Origin: Eledone cirrhosa
Taxonomy: Eukaryota
DNA: 64,000 nt
NCBI GenBank assembly: GCA_964016885.1
Contig: OZ024742.1
Coordinates: 311,178,001 to 311,242,000, forward strand
Reading direction: 5' to 3'
The notes beneath the pieces are model-generated. The model saw nothing but the letters and a program-made list of their open reading frames with translations. It was not told the DNA's origin and ran no database searches. The position numbers and the translations under genes are program-made. Shown here piece by piece: positions 13,033 to 26,719 of this stretch (its first letter is position 1; each line of letters starts with the position of its first letter).

Positions 13033-14930
13033 CTAGGGAGAAAATTGTACATTTCATAAAATAGAAATAATTACTTATTTACATATATGTAATTGTGAGT
13101 GTATCTGGTTTAGAATAGGTAAATCAGATCTGTGTGAGTTATAGGAAGAGGTAAACCAGATCTTTGTGTGTTATAAGAATAGGCAAACCAGATCTCTGTG
13201 TTGTAAGAAGCAACTAAAAGTGTTGGAGTCTGGAAGGGCATCCGATTTTAAAATATCTCGTTAAAATGTTCCATCAAACCTATGCTAGTATGGAAAAGTG
13301 GATGTAAAAATGATGATAATGTAGATGATGATGATGATATAAGGTTGTCTTGTAAGAATGGAGACACCATAAAGTAATGAGGAATCGTTAGTCTTACAGG
13401 GTACAAAGGCAATATCAATAGTGTTGGTGCCATGATAAAATGTACCTAGTAGACTCTGTAAAGTGGTTGATGAATGAGTGAAAACAACACTTGTCTAGAT
13501 ATTCAATAATTCAATAATTTATTAGGAGAGCAGTCAACTCTTTTGATACCAAACGGCCTAAAACCTCCCCTGGTTTTCTGATACAAAACTTTGTTCTAAA
13601 ATGTTTATCATCATTACTATTTAATATCTATTTTCTATGCTTGCATGGGCTAGACGGGCTGTCAGATTATGTGGTTAGACCGGTCAGGTGAGTATGTCTT
13701 GCTTATATGGTCCATTACAGCATGTACTGGGAGGTTTTTTCATAGCGCCACCACTACTATCTTACAGAGTAGACTGGGGGCTTTTTGTCATGGCACCAGT
13801 AAAAAACATGATTTTATGTAAAAACCTTTGTTATGTTCCAAAAACCAACTTAATAATGAGAAAATTTATTATATTACTAAATCCTTCCAGATTTTTTATT
13901 ATTTTCAAAATAATTTGAAAATCATAGGAAGTGTTTTTTGTTAAAAATATAACAAAAGGATTAATAATTGCTGGACTACAACAAGATCATAACTTCAGAT
14001 TGGACTGCAGTGTAGTGCCTCAGAGCAAGGTATATAACTCTACTTGCTCTAATTTATCTTGGTGAGAAAATACTGACTCCACTCTGAACTTCACACTTGA
14101 TTGGTCAGCTAGCAAGGGCAATAATAAACAATTCATCATCCTCATTTAATGTCCGTTTTCCTTGTTAGTAAGGGCTGGACAGTTTGTTACAGAAAATAGT
14201 TGGAGCTACTGACCTTTCAGAAGGGTCAGTGGCTTCATCTCGCTTACAAAAGTTCCCACACTCTACAGAGTGCACTGAATGTATTTTATTGTGGCACCAG
14301 CACTAAAGACACAGCTAAAGAGTCTTCTTAACATTTTGTTTGCCAAGTTTTCTATGACAAGATGTCCTCCGTATCTCCAATTCTACCAGCACTATTAATC
14401 TTTAATTTGGTAAAATGCATTTTTGTGTTCTGATTTAGGTGATTTTGGATAATGTGTTCATTTCATTCACACGGATATACATGTATATATGTGTAAATAT
14501 ATTATATATCATCATCATCGTTTAACGTCCATCTTCCACACTAGCATGGGTTGGAAGGTTTTGTCCCACTTGAGGCGAGATTGGTCGGGAGACCGTGGCA
14601 CGCTCGTACAGAACTGTTTCTGGCAGGTTTTCTACAGCTGGATGCCTTTCCTAACACCAACCACATTTGCAGTGTGGACTGTAGATAGATAGATATCATA
14701 ATTTTGCATCTATTTTCAATATTTACATGGGTTAGACAGGTTGTCATGTGCTGAAACTAAACAGGTCAGATGACTGCTTTGCTCATAAATTCAGTACTAA
14801 TATATCTTCTACACAGGGATGCCCTTCCTAATGCCATATATATGATGATGATATATAAGATATATGTGTGTGTGAATGTGCATATTTATGTAACAAAATA
14901 AAGGGAAACAAAAAAAAATTAATCACATAC

Positions 14931-15080
14931 CTTCCATTTTTCTGAACACTTCCGAAAAAATTCCTTAAAGTCTAATTTAACACCAGGATGTTGTTTCTCA
15001 TGTTCTTCCCGACAAATCCTCACAAAGAACATATAAGATGTCAAGCGGCTTCGTGGTTTACCATCTGCCTTTTTACCCAT
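14931..15080 (-). CDS. HMGB-family protein, coding exon 1 (HMG box A N-terminal part, 50 aa); exon extends to acceptor at 15111
   Basis: Manual translation MGKKADGKPRSRLTSYMFFVRICREEHEKQHPGVKLDFKEFFRKCSEKWK aligns to HMGB1 residues 1-50; donor GTATGT after 14931; acceptor ttttctattctacttgcag before 15111. Confidence 0.95.
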
Positions 15081-15489
15081 ATCTGTTAAAACTGATTAGA
15101 CTTAGGTGTATCTGCAAGTAGAATAGAAAACTGGATAAAGTTATGTTTGCATGTTTTTACAACTGAAATGTTTTACCTTGCTCTTCAACAGATTCAGCTA
15201 TAAAACCCAGGTTGTTAGTACACATCAGTTCCAAATAGCAGCGTCTTAAACTCCTCTGTTATCGCCTGAGAACTAAACAGAAGTGGGCTGACGACTGAAT
15301 CCTGATGAACACCTACCTGCACATTAAATTCCTCATTAGTCATTAATTATTCTCACTTTGCTGATTGCACCTGTGTATATGGCTTGCACTGCTCTCAAAG
15401 CCACACATCTACACCCAGTTTCCTTAGTAACCACAAGATGACAGATTGTGGAACTCTGTCAAAAGCATCAAGATCAGTGAAAGCTAGAT

Positions 15490-15960
15490 ATAATGGCTTA
15501 CACTTGGCTAGGAACTTTTTTTTGTAGTCGTCTTACCAAGAAGAGAACATCTGTTGCACTCCTTCCTGGCACTAAATCAAACTGCTTCTCATTTAATTTG
15601 AATCTTTCCCTAATTAATTGTGCTAAAACTCTTTCTGTCACTTTCATAACTTGATCGATGAATTTTATGCCGTTGTAGTTGCTCCTTTCTAGAACATCAC
15701 CTTGGAATAATTAATGATTATACAGCTATGCCAGTCATTGGTTATGATACCATCATGTATACCCTGATTGACTATGCTGATTTCAGCATCTCAGCAATTA
15801 TCTCTGATAGTCCAGCAGCTTTACCATTTTTCATCTTCTTGATTACTTCCTTGACCCCCTAACTGTCAACTTCAATAGTCAGTCCCACAATTCAGTCTAC
15901 TGAATATAGCCACTCATTCTACCCTTTTATCAACCTCACATAGTAGCATTCGTCTCTCAT
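15490..15960 (-). mobile_element. Degenerate RTE RT fragment
   Basis: Similar to 48150-48700 (GKAAG.SEI.AEML, GDVLERSNY.GIK). Confidence 0.7.
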
Positions 15961-16399
15961 CTGCCACTCCTCATTTGCAGGGTTTTTTCTGGTTGGATGC
16001 CCTTCCTATCACCAACCACTTTACCATATTGACTGGGTACATTCTTTGTGCCACCCGTACAAGAGTGGTTGGCTGAGCAAACTTAAGAGTCCTCTCTGCT
16101 CTGTATCAGTTTTTATTCAGGGTAACTGCTCTTCTAGACAGGTTGCCTTCACTACAGCTTACATAACTCATGTATAAAAAGATTTAATTTCTAAAAACAG
16201 TAAAAAAAAATCTTCAAAAATTTCTACCTGTCCAGTTTTCAAAAGTGCTACAGATCACAGAGAATTAGTTAATCTCCTTACATCCACTTCCAATATTCTT
16301 TAGTCATTTATTTCCTGCATCATAATGACTTTGTTAATCAAAACCACTTTTCATAGAATTATTCTGTAAATATATTATTTTGTAGAATACTATTTTTTA

Positions 16400-16660
16400 T
16401 TCCTAGAATGTTTTTCAAAACACTGACGCATGTGTGTATGTGCATATGCATACATTTATATGTATGAGTATATAAACACGCAAACACAGACATACTTACA
16501 AAAATACACTCACGGGCGTACATTCATACAAACACACACATACATTCACATAAACACACACACACAGCATAACAAATGGAATGCCAATCGCTATTTTCCT
16601 ATAGTTTTTTCACCATCACTTCCTTCCTTTTACACACATACATTCACGCAGGCAGCAGAT
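16400..16660. repeat. Dispersed repeat with (CA)-rich core; opposite-orientation copies at 20240-20590 and 5680-5890
   Basis: Shared aacactga..tgcatatgcatacatttatatgtatgagtatataaa sequence. Confidence 0.65.
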
Positions 16661-16889
16661 GTAAAGAGAGAGGAGTAGTATGAGGTATTCAATCTACTCC
16701 TCTCTCTTTACGTGTTGTGACAGAATCGCTGAAATTTATATATAGAAGTCATGTGATTTGCACTTAATATAATTTTGTGTATTTCAAAAATGGAGATCAA
16801 TCTGTAGAGTTACTTCTACCATATGTTATAAATTTACTTCATCACAGAAATTGTTCAAATACGTTTTTATGATAATTTACATTTCACAT

Positions 16890-17525
16890 GGAACTGACAA
16901 AATGAGACATTCGTCCTCTCAAGGAAGCATGCGCAGTGCACTCTACATGTGAATGGAGTTCCACTGAAGCAGGTAGAGAACTTCAAATATCTCAGGGCCA
17001 TGTTGACGAGTGATGGGAGGCAGGTGGCTGAATTAAGTGCAATAATTGCAGGAGCTGGTGCATTAATGCACCAGCTTCAGCATTCAGTAATCAGAAGAAG
17101 GAAGGTAGGTGTAAAAGCCAAATTTGCTACCTTCAATTCCGTATTCAAGCCAACCTTTACCTATGGTCACGAATCTTGAGTAATGACCAAAATAATACAG
17201 GTGGTTGAAATGTGGTTCCTCTGGAGGCTCTTTGGAGTAACATTACTCAATAGAGTGCATAACTCGGAGATCAAAGAGTCATTCCAAATAGAGCTGTTGC
17301 TTCTCTGAATTGAGAGATTACAGCTCCAATACTATGGGCATGTGGTGAGAATGTCTCAGGAAAGAATCGCTAAAGGTAACTCCAAGCAAGATGATTAGAT
17401 AACTTCCATGAGTTCGGCTGGTCTCGCTTGGAGATCCAGCCAGATCAATTGGAGACTGTTCCTTCTTGCAGGACCTGCTGGAAGGAGTGTTTGAGGACTC
17501 TTGGGAATAAGTGGGCGAAGAAGGG
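16890..17525 (+). mobile_element. Degenerate RTE-like LINE fragment
   Basis: NGVPLKQVENFKYL..PTFTYGHES. Confidence 0.75.
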
Positions 17526-18093
17526 CATGGCTGAGACATATTGCCTAGACTAGGGTGCAGATTCTGCCACCCTCTCTCTCTGCTTTTCCTTACTTATGCT
17601 TTTAAAAAAATGTTTGTTCTCATCTTGCTTCATAAGTCTAAAATATATTTTAATCTAAATAATCATTTTTCAGAGTCCTCTGTCAAATTATTTTGGTGAC
17701 ATAGTTGACTATTGTAACTTCTGAAGTGTGAAAATTGTAATCTGTAATTTCAGAGTCAATATCCAACCATAGATATATTTCACACTTCAGTTGTCAACTA
17801 GCAAAGTAGTGAACATGCTTGTGCATGTGACTCTTGATCATAGATAATTTTGCTTTTATTAATTAATATAATATAAAACTATTATAGAACATTCAATATT
17901 ACATTTATATATGTCAATGAGGGATGAAATTATATGATTGTGCATGTATGTTTGTTTATATGAGTATGTTGCATAAATGTATTGTGTGGGTGTGTTTGTG
18001 ATTATATGTGTACATTAATGTTCAGTATCTTCTTCACACACAGAAAATAAATAGAGAAACACCCCGAGATATAAAATATTATTATTATTAAAT

Positions 18094-19476
18094 TGCTAGG
18101 GGTCTGGACCTCCAGACGGACAAAAACTGGGACGAGGTGACGAGCAGGGTGGCTTCTTTCACCCAGAAATGGGCGGAGAGGAAGCTATCCCTGAAAGGTC
18201 GAGCGGAGGTGGCTAACGCGTACATCGCGTCCGTCATCTACTACCGCCTGACCGTCGTACCTTGTCCTAAGCCCTGCCTGACTGCACTGGAGCATTTGCT
18301 CTTTCGCTTTTTGTGGAAGGGACGCGCTCCGATTATCAGGCGGTCCATCTGCTGTCAACACCCGCTACGTGGAGGGCTGGGCATGCCGTGGCTGATGATG
18401 CGCAGACACGCGCTCAGGCTATGACATCTCCACCTCTTCCTCGACGGTGATCAGGTGTGGTCGCCGTTTGCTAGACGCGTCTTTCCCCAGTTCGTCTCCT
18501 TGACGGAGCTGCAGTCCTGGGTCAAGCGAAGACCGAGAGGGAGCGCTTGGAGACTGGAATGTCTTCAGGCGCTCACAGCCCTCGACCAATCGGGCAATGT
18601 GATCGGTGGAAACTCCACCATGGCGTTCTATAGAGGATTAGTGGAGGGGAAGAACGACGACGTACTTGGAGAAACTCTAGGCATCGACGAAAATCAAATA
18701 GCCAATCTCTTCGGAAGAACTTTCGGGCCGGGGTCTATGGACAACTTCCAGAAATCCCTGGCCTGGCAGTGCTACCGAGGAGCTTTGCCAGTTCAGGATA
18801 AACTCTACAGGCATGTCTGAGATGCGCACAGGGCGACGAAACCATCCTGCATGCACTCGTCCAGTGTCCGAGCATTGCTGACTTGTGGGTTTATGTCGAA
18901 CACCTGCTGTTACGTGTAGGACGGATCCAGCTATCAGCTGAGTCGATCGTGAGGATTGCCCTGCCCTCTTCCTTTAGCCAGGAAGGGCAGGCAGTTTTTA
19001 TCTGTCTGGTAGCCATGGCGAAAGAGATAGTATGGTGGACATGTTTGAAAGGGCTGAAGACAAGCACTTACCTCTTCGGTGATGCCCTGATTAACTTTTT
19101 CAAATTTCATTTGAAAAAAAGGAAAATCAGGGTAGAGAGGGAAGTGCTCTCTTCCCAGCATTTTGTTGAAAGATGGGTGCGAGAAGCAAGTATGGCCCGA
19201 GTGAATACTCTGAGTATGTGTCTGTAAATTAAAGGTGGAAAACTGGGAGAGGGCACTTGCCCTGGTGGTCAGGGTCACTGTGGCTTTTAATGGGCTTTCT
19301 CCACAAATGTCCCTCGGAAGTCTCCCCCCTATTGGGGAATTTTTTCATTGTTATTTTTTGATACATCCTCTGTTTTTGTTTTTTTACACGCAGAAATGCC
19401 CATTTGTACTCTCCTGTATTTCCTGTACTGTCCTTAATGTCTACTTTATGTAAACCCTTGTGGTTAATAAGGAAAT
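18094..19476 (+). mobile_element. L1/Tx1-clade LINE ORF2 3' portion, 5'-truncated, disrupted
   Basis: WAERKLSLKGRAEVAN..LFRFLWKG..GGLGM; CCHC-type CLRCAQGDETILHALVQC; T-rich 3' UTR ending near aataa. Confidence 0.85.
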
Positions 19477-19904
19477 CATTATTATTATTATTACTATCAT
19501 TATTATTATTATATCTCCGGGATCGATAAAATAAAGTACCAGTAATGCACTGAGATAATTGCTGGCCTTGTGCCAAAAGTAGAAACAATTATTATATCTC
19601 CGGAGTGTTTCTGTATTTATTTATTTTCTGTGTGTGTGAAGATACTGAAATTGTGTATATTATGAGTCTAAGGTTTTTCAGTGTACTAAAGCATGTGTAT
19701 GTCTGTGTGTTGGATTATCATATTTGAGTTCAATGACCTGTTCATTGACTGACTTTCCATCAAACTTGTAGCAATGACATTATTATTCAATGACCTTTTA
19801 TCAAAGTACATTCAGTTGAAAAGTCGTTTGTACCAAACAACCTTTCATCAAACAACTTCTTATTAAAACATTTTCATAAAATATTATCTTGTAAAATGAT
19901 TTAA

Positions 19905-20125
19905 CCCTTTAGTATTTAAACCGGTTGTATCCGGCCAGAATTCTCTCACCTCTTTCTGTTCAAACCGGCTGTAATTGGCCTCTCATACTGATGTTAAGGT
20001 ATTGTTCTCAAAATAAATAATATCAAAATCTCATAGATTCAATATTATGTGAGATAATTATGTGAGGTATAGCCTTTATTGTGAAAATATAATAGTATAT
20101 GTAGAGTAATGCAAATGCTAAAGGG
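19905..20125. mobile_element. piggyBac-type MITE (family copies 20854-21542, ~24556-24719, 63714-63879)
   Basis: TTAA|CCCTTTAG ... CTAAAGGG|TTAA. Confidence 0.8.
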
Positions 20126-21048
20126 TTAAACTATTGAACTATTCTAAATATACAATAAATATAAAATTTCCATCTGCATATCACCACCATCATTTAACGG
20201 CTGTTTTCCTTGCGAGCATCTTTTGGGGTATTTATATATAAATTTGAACAATTTCTGGCCGTCACACAATGTGTGTATATGTTTGTGTGGCTGTGTGTAT
20301 GTATAAAAGGAAGGAAGGGGAAGGTGAAAAAACTATGGCAAAACAGCGGCTGGCGTCCCATTTGCTACGCTGTGTATGTGTGTGTGTGTGTGGTTGTGTA
20401 AATGTATGTGTATGTATGTGTGTTTGCGTGAATGTATGTCAGTGTATTTTTGTGTGGATTTATGTCTGTGAGTGTGTATTTTTAAGTGTGTCTGTGTTGG
20501 TGCATTTATATTTATATACTCATACATATAAATGTATGCATATGCGCATACACATACACACATACATATCAGTGTGTTGAAAAAATCCAAGTTTAGTTAA
20601 TTTCATTTCTGTATATTTCTTTTACTCTGTTAAATCTGTTTGCAATATTTAACAGAGACAGTGTGGTTATTTGGTAGAATTGGTGGAGCATTGGATAAAA
20701 TGACATTGCGATATTTGTTATCGCTCCTTAAATTCTGAGTTCATATCCTGCCTTTCACACTTTAGTATTTAATACTGTACCAGTATTAGACTCAACAATC
20801 TCCCTACATCACTTTGCCAGACACCAAGCATAGACTTTACAGAGGAGGCTTAACCCTTTAGCATTTAAACCGGCTATATCCAGCCAGAATTCTCTCACCT
20901 CATTCTGTTCAAACCAGCCATAACCAGCCACTCATGCTTATGTTAAGGTATTGTTCTCAAAACAAATAATATCAAAATCTCATAGATTTTATATCATGTG
21001 AGATAATTATGCGAGGTAAAGCCTTTTCTGTGAAAATATAATAGTAAA

Positions 21049-21516
21049 TCTAAACTATAATAAAGTAAGAAACGCGGGACTGCATACAGTATATAATTTT
21101 TTATCCCCTTAGTAAAATAAGTTGGATTACTTTGAATAAATAATGAATGAATATTACATAATTATCTACTAAATTTCGTGGCTGTTCATTAAATATATTG
21201 TATTACTTATTTAAAGATTCACTTCTTTAAAGCTTTCAAATGTCAACACTTCCGATTAGCGATCGTTTAAATAAATATTCATATATTTCTGTCACTAATT
21301 TTCTTCTAATGCAGTTTATATATAATATCGTTTTTTTTTAATGTATCATCGATTACGTTTACTGATTACATAAGACAGCCTTCGTTCAATTTCTGTGTGT
21401 ATTGTCAATTACGATTTTATTTGATGTATCATATCTACATGCATATATATACTTGTGTATAATATCAATATACACACGCTAGCAGAAAACCACCCAAAGG
21501 GTGGTTTTTCTGCTAG
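21049..21516 (+). mobile_element. Non-autonomous Helitron inserted in a piggyBac MITE
   Basis: 5' TC(taaactataataaa), 3' hairpin aaaaccaccc-aaa-gggtggtttt and CTAG, between A and T; absent from the sister MITE at 19905. Confidence 0.8.
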
Positions 21517-21559
21517 TATAGAGTAATGTGAATGCTAAAGGATTAACAAGGAGATCCCT

Positions 21560-22200
21560 CTATAATTGGAGCAACCTCTCTTGTATCTCTTTTTAAAATT
21601 GTGATTATCGCCCAAAAGTGCCATTGTTTAGGTGCCTTTCCAGAGATCCAGGCCACCCGGCATAGCCAACGACACCTGATGCATCAACAACTCTACCACA
21701 CCGGTCTTCTTCCTCAGACGGGATGCACACCTAATTTTGCAGAGGAAAATGGTACTTCAGGGACCGAGGTCTTCATGGTTAATGGTACGAAAAGGAACCA
21801 ATTGATCACATCCCAGTACTTAGTATCTTCCGCTCCTCTGTGTTATGGGCAGCAGTTCCTAGGTTTCTGACCGACGCAACAAGGTTGGAGGTGGAGAACC
21901 TGTCACAGCATGTGGCGTCTCTGATCAGAGATTTACCTCCCTTGAATGGGATGAGGGTTATCCCATCTGTGTGCTTACCAATACCAAGATCAAGGCAAGC
22001 AGGTGCCAATATGAAAAACCAGCCGCATCAAGGTTCCAAACTACATTATTAATAAGTTGTCCCAATGAAACAACAGCCTGGAGAATGTATAAATATCTTG
22101 GTCAGTTCTCTTTCTTAGACAAACATCATAATACCATAACATCTATATCATCGTGTTCTTGAGCAAGATGCTTTGTGTTGCTTTTCATGATAGTAATGGG
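21560..22200 (-). mobile_element. Degenerate CR1/L2-like LINE 3' fragment
   Basis: Broken frames resembling a CR1 ORF2 C-terminus (HLEPWC.W, RKILSTGM, RVVEL). Confidence 0.45.
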
Positions 22201-22671
22201 ACTCTTATTAAATAAAACACCTGAGAAACCTCATAGGAGACCTACTAAACCTTTACAGATGTCAGCTGTAAATTTCATTTCAATTTTTTTCTGAGAAAGC
22301 CTTTATGTTGCTGGATGCCGTTTCTTGCAGTCCAAGTCAAAGACACCGCTGCTATGGACAGTATTACTACAAATGTTCTTTTAATCTTAATCTTTGCTAC
22401 TGTTGGAAAATCAATTTCAATTCAGCCACCTTATATAGTCATAAAGAGTGTTCGGTTGTAGATAAAAGATGTCTTTATTGTAAGCTGAGAGGATATTTTG
22501 CAAAAATATGTGGAAGATTTTTCATGAAGGTTTTCAAGAATTAATGCTATCCTGAAAAACACCCAAGTGGAAAATTGTTTTTGGTACTGTAAATGGTTAC
22601 AACCGATAGTGATTTATTGATAATGATTGTGGATTTTCTTCTGATTCATGAAATTACTGTGAATAAACTTG

Positions 22672-23421
22672 ATATTAACACTTTTGGTATCAAACCACCT
22701 GAAACTGTCCTTAGTTCTATGATTAATTTTAACCCTTCTGGTATCAAACCACTTGAAACTGCACTTAGTTCTACGACTAATATTAACTCCTCTGGTATCA
22801 AACCACCTAAAACTGCTCTTGGTTCAATGATTAATATTAACCCTTTTGGGACTAAACTGCCTAAACTACACCTGGTTCTAAGATACAAAACTACTTGTTT
22901 TTAAAGAAATTATATTTATCTAAGGACAGTGGATGACTGAATGGTTAAGGTGTTTGTTTTGGAACTATTCAGTCTCAGTTCAATCCCAGTCTGGCATCTT
23001 GGGCAAGTGCCTTTTGCCATAGCCATGGCTTAACTCATGCCTTGAGTGATACTAGGTAGACAGAAACTGTTTGGAAGCCTGTTGAATGAACTGTACCTGT
23101 AATTTAAATGCTAGTCTTGCTAAACACTGTGTCATGCTGAATCTTCCTAAGAATTACATTATGGGTACACATGTCTATGGAATGCACATTAATTTCATGA
23201 ATGGGCTGTTCTGTTGATTGAACAACATAATTGAAATCAACAGAGGTCCATCATTTTATCTAAAAACCTCTTCCATCATAATTGTATGTAAGAACCTTTG
23301 TTATTTTTCAAACATCAACTTAATTATTTTATTAAATTCTTCAAAATTCTTGATTATGTTCAAAATTATTTGAAAATCATAGGCAGTGTCTTTCATTAGA
23401 TATATGGTAAAGCAAGGGTTA
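22672..23421. mobile_element. Second piggyBac-type MITE family with 4x tandem ~54-57-bp left end and SINE insertion (related copies ~13535-13965, 23895-24142)
   Basis: Repeated ttaaccctt.tggtatcaaaccacctgaaact units; right end gcaagggTTAA. Confidence 0.6.
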
Positions 23422-26365
23422 AATCATACTCCAAAAGTGAAATGCATTGATGGAAACAAGCTTGACATTAGAAAAGTGAGTTGGAATGGCTACTTCAATG
23501 CATTTCCCTTGCTTTCCCATCATCATCATCATCGTTTAACATCTATCTTCCATGCTAGCATTTTCTCCATTCTATCCAGTTGAAAAGTACAAAACAGCAC
23601 TATGACTACATTACATTAAAGTCTAATACTGCAAATGCTTACATCAGTCTGTAAACTAGCAAAGATACTATAAACATTTGAATTAACAAACCCTGTTTTT
23701 AAACATTTTCTACTAAATCATAAGAGGATGTTAAGAGTTAGAGGGTTTAGTGACTGTCATAGTTTCCTACCACCGTATTCTAATTCAATCTGCAACAAGG
23801 TGTACAAGCAATTTATTTCAAACACCAGAATCCAAGGCTCAAGATAAACTCTGATGATTAAAAACTTAACTATTGGATATAACGTCCTCCCACTTAACCC
23901 TTTCAATATCCAACAGCCTGAAACCACCCTTGATTCAATGTTGTAAAATTATTTGTTTTAAAATTTTACATTTATCTAAAAACCTTCTATCATAATTTTA
24001 TGTAAGAACATCTTGTGTGTTATGTTCCAAAACCAGCTTAATCTTGAGATGGTTAGTTATATCACTAAAATCACCTCCAAACCCTTGATTATTTGAAAAA
24101 CAGACAGTGTATTTCATTAGAAATATGGTAACAAAAGGGTTCAACAAATACTCATGCTTATACAATAATGATAACATAATTTCAAAAACTGATAATGAGG
24201 ACATATTGATTCATCCTTCTAATACAACTGCTGTAAACAATCCTAAATAAATTGGCTGAGTTGTTAGAGCAAAGGAAAAAGAATGACTTGCAATATTTGT
24301 TTCAGCTTTCTGTGCTTTGAGTTCAAATTTCACCAAAGTCAGCTTTGCTGTTTATCCTTTTAGGGTCAATAAAATAAAGCACTCATCTAGAACAGTAGAT
24401 TGGTGGAATTGTTGAAGCTTTGGACACGATGCCTTGCAGTACTTGCTCAGGCTCTGCTTTCTGAGTTCAAATCCTGCATTGCCTGGTTTAACACCATCAC
24501 CTGAGCCATGGGTGCTCACAGCAGAGTCCCCTTTGTTGCAAGCAGGTGTCATTTTCACAGTAAAGGTTTTATCTCACATATCGAATCAATGAGATTTTGA
24601 TATTATTTATTTTGACAACAATACCTTAACATCAGTATGAGTAGCAAGTTATGGCTGGTTTGAACAGAAAGAGGTGAGAGAATTCTGGCCGGATACAGCT
24701 GGTTTAAATGCTAAAGAGTTAAAGATACATCCCTCCAACTGGTTTTGAAAGCCCTGAAAAGGGTTATAGGCCCGTCTAACCCATGCTAGCGTGGAAGATG
24801 GACGTTAAACAAAGATGATGATGATGATGATGATGATGACACCATTCTTTCCTTCCTGACTAAACAATTAAGGAAAAAAATGTTCTAATTATAAACAATG
24901 GCTACTTCTTTTTGTTACATTTTCTGTTGTTCATTACTAGTTTTTGTTTGACTAACTACTTTTCTAATATTTCATTTAAATAGTTGTTCTCTGTTGAGTG
25001 GTAAATATAGTATCAGATATTCTATAATTGGCTTTTATTAAATGTTAATTACAAACAACAGAGTTATGTGAGTTTACAAAACATTCATGCACATGCCAGT
25101 GTACTATTCATTATATAATATTGATTTCTAATTTAGGCACAAGGCTAGCAAATTTGGGGTAAAGCACAAAATTGATTAAATCAACCCCTGTACTTTACTG
25201 GTTCTTTATTTTATTGACTTCAGAAAGATGAAAGGCAAAGTTGGCCTTGGTAGAATTTAAACTAAGAATGTAAAGAGCTAGATCAAATATTGCAATGAAT
25301 GGTATTTTATCTGACACTACCAATCAACCACCCTTTCATCATAACATTATCAGCTGAGAGAGAGAAAGTGTGTGTGTGTGTGTGTTCTTTTGATTTAAGA
25401 TCAGAAAATGAAAGAGCACTACATCATTATCATCACCATCATCGTTTAATGTCCATTTTCCATGCTAGCATGGGTAGGACGGGCAGTCCTTTTGTGAGAG
25501 ATCAGGTCAGAGGACCTCGATTCGCATACACAGAACTGATTTTGGTTTGTTTTCTACAGCTGGATGCCCTTAACGCCAACCACATTTACAGTGTGTAATG
25601 GGTGCTTATTGTTGTGACACCTACACAACCACTTTACAGTGTGGGCTGGGTGCTTTTTGTCGTGACACATACATGACCACTTTACAGTGTGGGCTGGGTG
25701 CTATTTTGTACAAAATCAGCAAGGAAAACGAACTCTCCAGCCAAATTTTAATACATTGAAGAACATGTAAGAATTGTACAGGCCTTAATGACATGTAGTG
25801 AAATAAAAAAAATAAAAAATGCATTTCCCATAACATCAGATATTGTAATTCCAATTGAATTCCTTGCATCGATGGGATTAATTCACTGTTACAGTGTGCT
25901 ATAATGAGCCAATAATTTACATAATTCACCAGACATGCAGATGGAATGACTTGGAGATGTTATATATGCAAGAGTTATCAAAGCATTAGCTATGATTCTT
26001 TTCAGGGGGTGGTGGTTAAAGAGGGGAGGGGTCTCATATTACACTGTCTAGCTTTGTAGAACTTATCTCTTGGTGGGTGGCAGTCGACTGCAAACAATCT
26101 GTTGTTATGGAGCAATCTGGTTTTGGTACTGAAGCATTAGTTAACTGGTAAAACTATTTCAGAGATGTCTGTAATATGTGGTGCATCAACAATCTTATGC
26201 AATTGTGGAAGGAATGGAGACATTGTCGAGATTGACGAATACAAGTTTATGCACTGCAAGTACCATTATAGTTGTTATTGGGAGTGTTACTCAGTTAATG
26301 AGATGGTGGCACAGCATGTCCTTGTATGTGTTCTTGCACCTGTCTCTGACCAAAGTACATCATTC

Positions 26366-26517
26366 GCCATGCTTTCCAGCATAGTTACGTCCCTTAACGA
26401 TCTGAGTTCAAATCCCGCTGAGGTTGACTTTGCCTTTCATCCTTACGGGGTCGATAAAATAAAGTACCAGTAATGCACTGGGTAATTGCTGGCCTTGTGC
26501 CAAAAGTAGAAACAATT
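26366..26517 (+). mobile_element. 5'-truncated SINE (family 2)
   Basis: gagttcaaatcccgc..ggggtcgataaaataaagtaccag..gtagaaacaattatt; many copies across the window. Confidence 0.85.
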
Positions 26518-26532
26518 ATTGCTCATAATAAT

Positions 26533-26719
26533 TGTTTCTACTTTAGGCACAAGGCCAGCAATTACCCAGTGCATTACTGGTACTTTATTTTATCGACCCC
26601 GTAAGGATGAAAGGCAAAGTCAACCTCGGCGGGATTTGAACTCAGATCGTAAAGGGACGTAACTATGCTGGAAAGCATGGCGTCCGACCCTCTACCGATA
26701 CTGCCAATCCACCGCCCTC
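26533..26719 (-). mobile_element. Full-length SINE (family 2) with 15-bp TSD
   Basis: attgctcataataat at 26518-26532 and 26720-26734; B box GAGTTCAAATC. Confidence 0.9.

Noticed and set aside
16671-16711. Small hairpin gtaaagagagaggagtag / ctactcctctctctttac
   Set aside because: Too short and low-complexity to call as a miRNA or element without data
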